Assembly (NCBI GenBank): GCA_043228905.1 | Contig: JBHGNT010000887.1 | Location: 1-14,225 of the forward strand | Direction: 5' to 3' | Source of the DNA: Azolla caroliniana | Lineage: Eukaryota; Plantae; Polypodiophyta | Length of the DNA stretch: 14,225 nucleotides | In this document: positions 8,041-14,225 of the stretch, in pieces | Numbering within the stretch: the stretch's first letter is position 1 | Layout of the letters: every line of letters begins with the position of its first letter | The notes under the pieces: model-generated | Told to the model about the DNA's origin: nothing | Seen by the model: only the letters and a program-made list of their open reading frames with translations | Databases searched by the model: none | Made by a program: the position numbers and the translations under genes

Positions 8041-11000
8041 CAAGAAAGAAGAGTGCGTGGATTGCGAGGAGAAGCAACATGTGTCACACCTAGTGGCGCA
8101 TGTAAACTAGTACTACCCGACAAGAAGCACAAGCGCCGGATACAAGAATTCGAGAAGATGCTGAAAGAAGAGAATATAATAGAAGAAGGAGAGTTCGTGA
8201 CTCATATTATGGAAGAAGCCTCATTTAACGACACCATCGGCGAAATCGAGGACGTCGTGGACTTGAGCTATCTTCACAACCAACGCGTGATTTCGGTTAA
8301 CTCCGTCAACATGTACGCTATCATCGATGAATACCGTCGTGGCATCTCGATGAAGGAAGCTGACATCAACACGAAATATAAAACGGTGGATAAGAAGATC
8401 AAGCGAGTTGCGGTTCCGCTACCGGAAGATAGCTGGCAAAAGATGAAGGAAGTCGCTAACGATCCAAGCTTAAGAGATCCGAAGAAGATAGGTCATGACT
8501 TCACCAAAGAGACGAAGGGGAAGCTACGAGTTGGAAAGGAGGATTTCCTTCTCCCTAAAGAGGAGCGAATGTTTCGCGATATGCTTGAGACACATGGGAA
8601 GCCTTTCGCATTCTTCCCACGAGAAATAGGATGCGTCGACCCAAAGGTTATAGAGCTAATGGTGATCTTCACGGTGCCTCATGTGCCTTGGAATTTGAAA
8701 CCGATACCGGTTCCGAGAGCACACCTTCCGAAGTTGATCGAGCTCTTAAAGGAGAAGGTGAGTATGGGAATTCTAGAACCGTCGAATTCTCCTTATTCCA
8801 ATAGGTGGTTCACGGTGCCGAAGAAGAATGGATCATTGCGATTCATCCAAGATCTTCAACCCGTCAACAAGGTGACAATTCGAAATGCCAGAATCGGTCC
8901 GAGCGTGGACGAATTTGCCGAAGCGTTTGCGGGCCGGTCCATCTACTCCATTGGCGATCTCTACTCCGGATATGACCAATTCCAATTGGCGATCGACAGT
9001 TGGGACATTACAACCATGAGGACTCCGATCGGGCTTTGTGCGGATGTGTACCTTACCCCAAGGCGCAACGAACTCGATGGCTCATATGGTGAATGCCATG
9101 AATAAAGTCTTGAAGGATTGCATTCCGGAAATCACGATGCCATTCTTGGATGATATTCCGATAAAAGGATGTTCGGATGAGGAGAAAGATGAATCGAAAG
9201 ATAAGGAAGGTTGTAGAAAGTTCGTTGCGTATCATATGAAAGATTGCGAGAAGGTGCTTCAAAGGCTCGAAGATGCGAATTTGACATTTTCGGGAGAAAA
9301 ATCCGCATTCGAGCAACCGGAGATCTTGGTGGTAGGTCACTTGTGTGGAACATACGGCCGGAAGCCCTCGCCATCCAAACTGAACGCAATCCAAGACATG
9401 AAAGAAGAATGCGAAAACCAAACGGAGGTTCGAAGGTTCCTTGGAGCGTGCGCATTTTATCATATATGGATTCCTCACTACCCTCATGTCGCCGAATCGT
9501 TATATGGACTACTAAAGAAAAGAATAAAGTTCAAATGGAGAGACGAGCACACAAAGGCGATGCGAAGATTAAAGAAACTGCTTCTTGAAGCTCCGGCACT
9601 AAGGAAGGCCGACTATGCCGAAGGGAAACCAATTTACGTGACCGTAGATACAAGTCCAACCGGAATCGGGTGGGTCATCAACCAAGAAGGTGAAGATAAT
9701 GCGCGATATGCCGTCCGGTTTGGAGCAAAGGTTCTCAACGAACGGCAACAAAGATATGCCTAAGTCAAGCGGGAACTTTGGGGTATTGTGTCAGCAGTGA
9801 AGACGGAGAAAGATTACCTGATCGGGTCAGAAGTGATAATAGAGACAGATTGTCTCCCAATTCTCGGAATGGTCTCGGGATGTGCGACCCCAGATCTTGC
9901 TATGCTAAGGTGGATCGCCTACATCAAGTCTTTAAACCCAGAGATCCGTCACATTGCAGGGAAGAACGCCATGGCTGACATGTTGTCGAGGGCAAGATTT
10001 TCAAATGGAAGTAACATGGTTTCGGAAGATGAAGATGTCACGCTCGACTTCTTCAAGATGGCTCGATTGTCGGTGGAAGACCAGGACACACAAACCCTCC
10101 ACGCCTTCAACGAGAACGAGTACGAAGGAGAGTGGTTACTCATTGGTAGATTCCTAAGAACATTGACGGCAGATGCTTCGTTGACAAAGGAGGAGGCCCT
10201 ACGAATCCGAAAGAAAGCTTACCGATACTTCTTGAAGGGAGGATTCCTTTGGCGACATCCAAAAAGAAGGACAGGAATACCACGTCAAGTGGTGGTAAAG
10301 AAAGAAGAGCAAGAGACGCTGATGATCGAATTCCACGAGAGTGCTTGGGCAGGTCATAGAGGAACATGGGCGACGTTCAAAAAGTTGAAGGAGAAGTACT
10401 GGTGGCCAAGCATGTACAAAGATGTACTCCATTTCGTGTCCACATGCGAAACTTGCCAAGTATATTCAAATATACGTCATCGTGATGAGTTAAAGCCGAC
10501 ATACCCACTCACCATACACTTCAAATGGATGGTGGATCTGGTCTCGATGCCAATGGGAGTGGGACAAATGAAGTACTTAGCGCTGGCAAGGGAAGACTTG
10601 ACAAATCAAGTGGAAGGACGAGCCTTGACAAATAAGACGACTTCAGCCATTTGCAAATTTCTACTTGAAGATGTTGTTTGCCGATATGGATGTGTAGGGA
10701 AGATAGTGGCCGACCGAGGGGAGTTGGACGTGCACAAAGCGACGGAGCTCTTCGAAAGACTAGGCGTGAAGCTCTCCCTCACGACTGCCTACAATCCGGA
10801 AGCAAATGGGAAGATCGAGCGAGGGCATGGACCTATCGTTAAAGCCATTGTACGGGCCTGCAACGGTCGAGTCGGGAATTGGCCACGACTATTACCCTAT
10901 GCCTTGTGGGCCGATAGAACGACACCTAGCTCAGTGACAGGGTATATGCCGACGGAGCTTATGTATGGACAAAAGCTGATTATGCCCATCGAAAGGACGA

Positions 11001-11470
11001 TCGCCTCATGCGTAGCGATACCGTGGGAGAATGAGATGAGCCGAGAAGAGTTATTAGCGGCACGGATAAGGCAACTTGAAAGAAGACCTGAAGATTTAGA
11101 AAAAGCGCGAAAGATGATGAAGGCAGCCCGAGTAAAGAACAAAGTTCGGTTCGACAACATGCATTGACTTCGTCCCAAGAAGATTGAAGAAGGGGATTGG
11201 GTTTTGGTTTACGACAGCACCCTTGACAATCAACACAGTACAACAAGGAAGTTCGCAAGAAGATGGTTCGGGCCGTATGTGGTTACAAGTGCCAACGATA
11301 ATGCCACATACCACCTTGTGGAACTAGACGGATCAAGGTTAGCCGTACCCATTGCGGGAAAAAGAGTAAAGATTTTCAAGAAAAGCCAAGACAAGGATCC
11401 TGACCTCGACTACCTCAACGATGAACATAATGGGGCGGATGTAAATGAAGACATGGAGGAATCTAATTGA
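7978..11470 (+). pseudogene. pol: Inner element ORF2: reverse transcriptase, RNase H, integrase
   Basis: WFTVPKKNGSLRFIQDL, DLYSGYDQ, LPQGATNS, PFLDD, VTVDTS, IETDC, H-x6-H...CETC, WMVD, VADRG, NGKIERGH, WFGPYVV. Frameshift near 9037, stops at 9761 and 11165, ends at 11470 without chromodomain. Confidence 0.95.
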
Positions 11471-11530
11471 TCATCGTAGCCGAAATCTCACTTTCTCTCT
11501 TCTTGGCACGTACCGAAGGACGTGCGGTTT

Positions 11531-11542
11531 GGTGGGGGTGGA
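11531..11542 (+). promoter_or_regulatory. Polypurine tract
   Basis: GGTGGGGGTGGA immediately 5' of the 3' LTR. Confidence 0.8.
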
Positions 11543-12402
11543 TGTCGTGAAGATTTTCGGCAATAGTGTGAAAATCCCATAAAACGTACGAAATCGAGTA
11601 TGAATCACATAGTACAATAATTATGAAGGTAACTTGAACTAAGAGTGGAGGTGGGCTAGCTACTCGTAAAGGGTTCCGGACCGGCGATGGAGACGGTGAT
11701 CCGACGGCATCCGTTGCCAGTGAGACACCGGCATCCGACGGCATCCGGCGACGGCACCGGTAACCGACGACATCTGGTGGTGGCACCAGTATCCGGCGAA
11801 CCGGCGTTTGGCGACTAGATAAATAAATATATAAATATATATACATATTTACATATACAAGGAGGGCAAGTAAGGATTCGAGCCTTGCACCTCCAAGTTA
11901 GGAGTCAATTGGCTTACCATTAAGCCATGCTATTTAGTTGAAATTATATTTCTATCATTGTACTTTTACATGTAAATTCTTATACATGAGAGCTAAAATG
12001 AGTGACATGGTTATCATGCACCACATGTAATACATAAGCACCAAATGGCAAACATGCAATTTATGCATGTCTTGTACCCTCACATGCATCATATGCATGA
12101 GAGCATCTATAAAAGAAGGAAGGGGGAGGATAAAAAACACGGTTATTATTATTATTATTATGAAATTAAGAAGAAGAGATTCGTTATCAAATTGATGGTG
12201 TAACTTGTTTCTTAAATCTAAAGTTAAAAGTTCAATCAATCTCTCTCAATCGTGTAATCTCAACTTCTCTCTTTCCCAATCTATCTTAAGTACTTTCTCG
12301 CTAAAGCTTGCGCCAAAGCTTGTACCGACTTTGAATCCTTCCGGTCCAGAACCCCGACGGTTCCGCCTCACGATCCGCGCGTAGTGACGGATCTTCACGA
12401 CA
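11543..12402 (+). repeat. Inner element 3' LTR (860 bp)
   Basis: TGTCGTGAAGAT...ATCTTCACGACA, perfect 12-bp inverted termini. Lacks the 237-bp segment present in the 5' LTR. Confidence 0.96.
11862..11934 (-). other. tRNA-like A/B-box module, 3' LTR copy
   Basis: TGGCTTAATGG (11927-11917) with D-arm GCTT-AATGGT-AAGC, and B box variant GGCTCGAATCC (11884-11874). Confidence 0.6.
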
Positions 12403-12406
12403 CCGG
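12403..12406. repeat. Right target-site duplication CCGG
   Basis: Directly follows the terminal CA and matches 4648-4651. Confidence 0.88.
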
Positions 12407-13860
12407 TTGTGATGCTCGTACTGTCCATTGTAATCTCGGTACTTGTCATATCTCTTGTACCGGTCATAGTTGTCTCGCCGATTGTCGTACCAGACATCTT
12501 GTGCCGGTCGATATCGCTCCTCTCATCGCCTGCATTCGTCCTCTTCGTCTCGGCTGCTACGTGGCTTGATTTGCCGGACTGGTGGGGCTTGCCGATTCAA
12601 TAAGTTATATTCGCACCGGTCCATCGTGTGGCTCGTAGATTGGCAGAGTAAGCAGTGCGTCCGCATGGTGCCCTCGAGTGACGAGTGTCCGGAATTCAAG
12701 CAGGTCGTGCATTGGATTGCTTGGCGGAAACGGAGATCCTCATCGGTTGGTAATGCTCGTTGGAGGGCTCCCATTGTTAGCCAAGAACTCGTTTTCTCCA
12801 TTTCTCTAACCCGGTCGATGACCTGGTCGACGGTGCTTGCGCGAAAGTCGATGACCGTTCGTAGAGGTTCCCGAAGCGCGGCTAAAAATATAGCCCGCGT
12901 TTCTTCCTCCGGAGGTGCGCGGGTAAGCCGACTGTGCATCTGTTGAAACCGGATGACAAACTGTGAGATGCTCTCCCCGGGGTCCTGCCGAATTGTATAA
13001 AATAAGCCCACCATTTCTCGCTGATCCACCTCCTTCTAGAAGAAGTGCAAGAATTTGTCTTTCAGGTCCACAAAGGTGGTGATGGTGCTGCGATCCTGCG
13101 TCCGGTGCCATCTGGCGGCCGGTCCTTCCAATGTCACGCCGAATTCGGCTATCTTAGATCGTTCCTCTTCTGTTGCGGTTAACTGTTGTGACACATGGTT
13201 CGCTTCCCATGTTTGTTCAAACGCGTGAACATGAGCCTCCACATCCGGGTCATCCCGATACTTGGAGTACTGGAACAGCATGTGGTCGTCCGGTGTCGGT
13301 ACGCAGGCTAGCGGTGTCGGTGGTCTTTCTTGTTGTTCCGTCAGCGTCTGAGGTCTTTGCCGATCTTCCTTTGGTGTTGTCGGCTCGACATCTGGTGTTG
13401 GAGGTATTTGCCGGTGCACTTCCGTCTCCGGAGGTTGCTCCATGACGAGTGCCGGAGGTTCCCGGTCTGCCAACTCTAGTTCCGGTGTCGGTAAGGTATC
13501 TGACTCCTCGTCCTCCGGTCCTCCTGGGTTGTCATTAATGCTGCGATAGTTCGTATGCGTGTTGTAACCCCCTTCCGAATCCGATTCCAGCACTGAAAAT
13601 GCTTCGGATTCGCCGTCTCTTCCGGCCAAGGCCTGGAGAAGGGTTTCCACTTCCCGGAGGCTGCTTAAGGTGCTTCCTTCGTCCGGGTAGGCGTTTTGTT
13701 GGAGATGGAGCGACTCCTCCACCACTTTCCGGATCACTTTTGAAAATGATCGATCCGTTCGGATTTCTTCCGCTGCTTGCTGGAAAGCCTCTCGCCGCCG
13801 TCTCCGTTCAGCAAGTCTTCGTGCTCTCTCCGTAACCGCGTCGTCTGTTGGCCTAGTCAT
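12403..13860 (-). pseudogene. gag: Outer element Gag, N-terminal part
   Basis: ATG 13860; capsid-like F..TLEGPAARW...F.DLKDKF and RQ.PGESISQF..RF; knuckles CTTCLNSGHSSLEG and CLLCQSTSHTMDRC; in-frame stops at 13036 and 12523; Y/R/D-rich tail runs to the insertion site. Confidence 0.88.
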
Positions 13861-13898
13861 CCATTCCTGCCGCTGCTCACTGCGATTATGCAGGAATC

Positions 13899-13908
13899 GT
13901 GGTCGCCA
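13899..13908 (-). promoter_or_regulatory. Outer element primer binding site, tRNA-Arg type
   Basis: Minus strand ...TAACACA GTTTT TGGCGACCAC; 10 nt complementary to the recalled 3' end of plant tRNA-Arg(TCG) (...GTGGTCGCCA). Confidence 0.7.
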
Positions 13909-13913
13909 AAAAC

Positions 13914-14225
13914 TGTGTTATTGCTAGGGCTGGACAACAGCCTAACACAGGGTGTCCACTTAAGACACTTTACCAAAGGGTGGTACGGTAGAATGATTTA
14001 CGGCACAATGCTTAATTAGACCTTAATTGGTTACTTAGCCATTCGTAATTAACACGCGTAAGATATAACAATGAATACAGAACGGTAATCAACACTGGAA
14101 GATTAAGACAATAAGCTTTATTAATTATCCACTCCTGATTACATTGTAATCGGGCCTTTATATAGGTCTCCGGTGCGAAATACAGATCAGCATACCGATT
14201 CCGGTCCGTCCGTGCACATCTTCTT
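13914..14225 (-). repeat. Outer element 5' LTR, inner part only
   Basis: Ends in CA 5 nt before the PBS; AT-rich and non-coding; TATATAAA at 14164-14157 and AATAAA at 14122-14117. Partner LTR is outside the window. Confidence 0.75.

Larger units (their letters stand above)
4652..12402 (+). mobile_element. Inner full-length Ty3/gypsy LTR retrotransposon without chromodomain, 7751 bp, coding region inactivated
   Basis: Paired TG...CA LTRs, TSD, PBS, PPT and gag-PR-RT-RH-IN order. Confidence 0.97.
1..14225 (-). mobile_element. Outer Ty3/gypsy non-chromovirus (Athila/Tat-like) LTR retrotransposon, degenerate, incomplete at both window edges, interrupted by a nested element at 4652-12402
   Basis: Minus-strand order: LTR end, PBS, gag (CCHC knuckles), RT (FLDD), RNase H, integrase, extra ORF. 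RT-RH-IN order is gypsy. No chromodomain or additional RNase H seen. Gag frame is continuous across the insertion once the insert and one CCGG are removed. Confidence 0.93.

Noticed and set aside
11380-11470. Chromodomain at the inner integrase C-terminus
   Set aside because: Only a short acidic tail follows the GPY region; no chromodomain motif.

Overview
Eukaryotic DNA (probably a non-seed land plant, inferred from PBS and protein features) made entirely of two nested, degenerate Ty3/gypsy LTR retrotransposons. The OUTER element is on the minus strand and extends beyond both window edges. It shows the inner end of its 5' LTR (13914->14225), a tRNA-Arg-type PBS, a gag-pol region broken by stops and frameshifts that lacks almost the whole protease, and an unbroken extra ORF 3' of integrase (589->1) that the ORF track missed. 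The INNER element (4652-12402, plus strand) is full length and sits in the outer gag with a 4-bp CCGG target-site duplication. It has 1110- and 860-bp LTRs, an 18-nt tRNA-Trp PBS, a PPT, Gag-PR and RT-RH-IN regions. Most notable: a -1 frameshift signal (G GAT TTT plus H-type pseudoknot) placed after the protease, an antisense tRNA-like A/B-box module inside both inner LTRs, mosaic divergence between the two LTRs, strong CCGG enrichment of the host element, and an HExxH motif in the extra ORF. All translations and alignments were done by hand; no database search was run.
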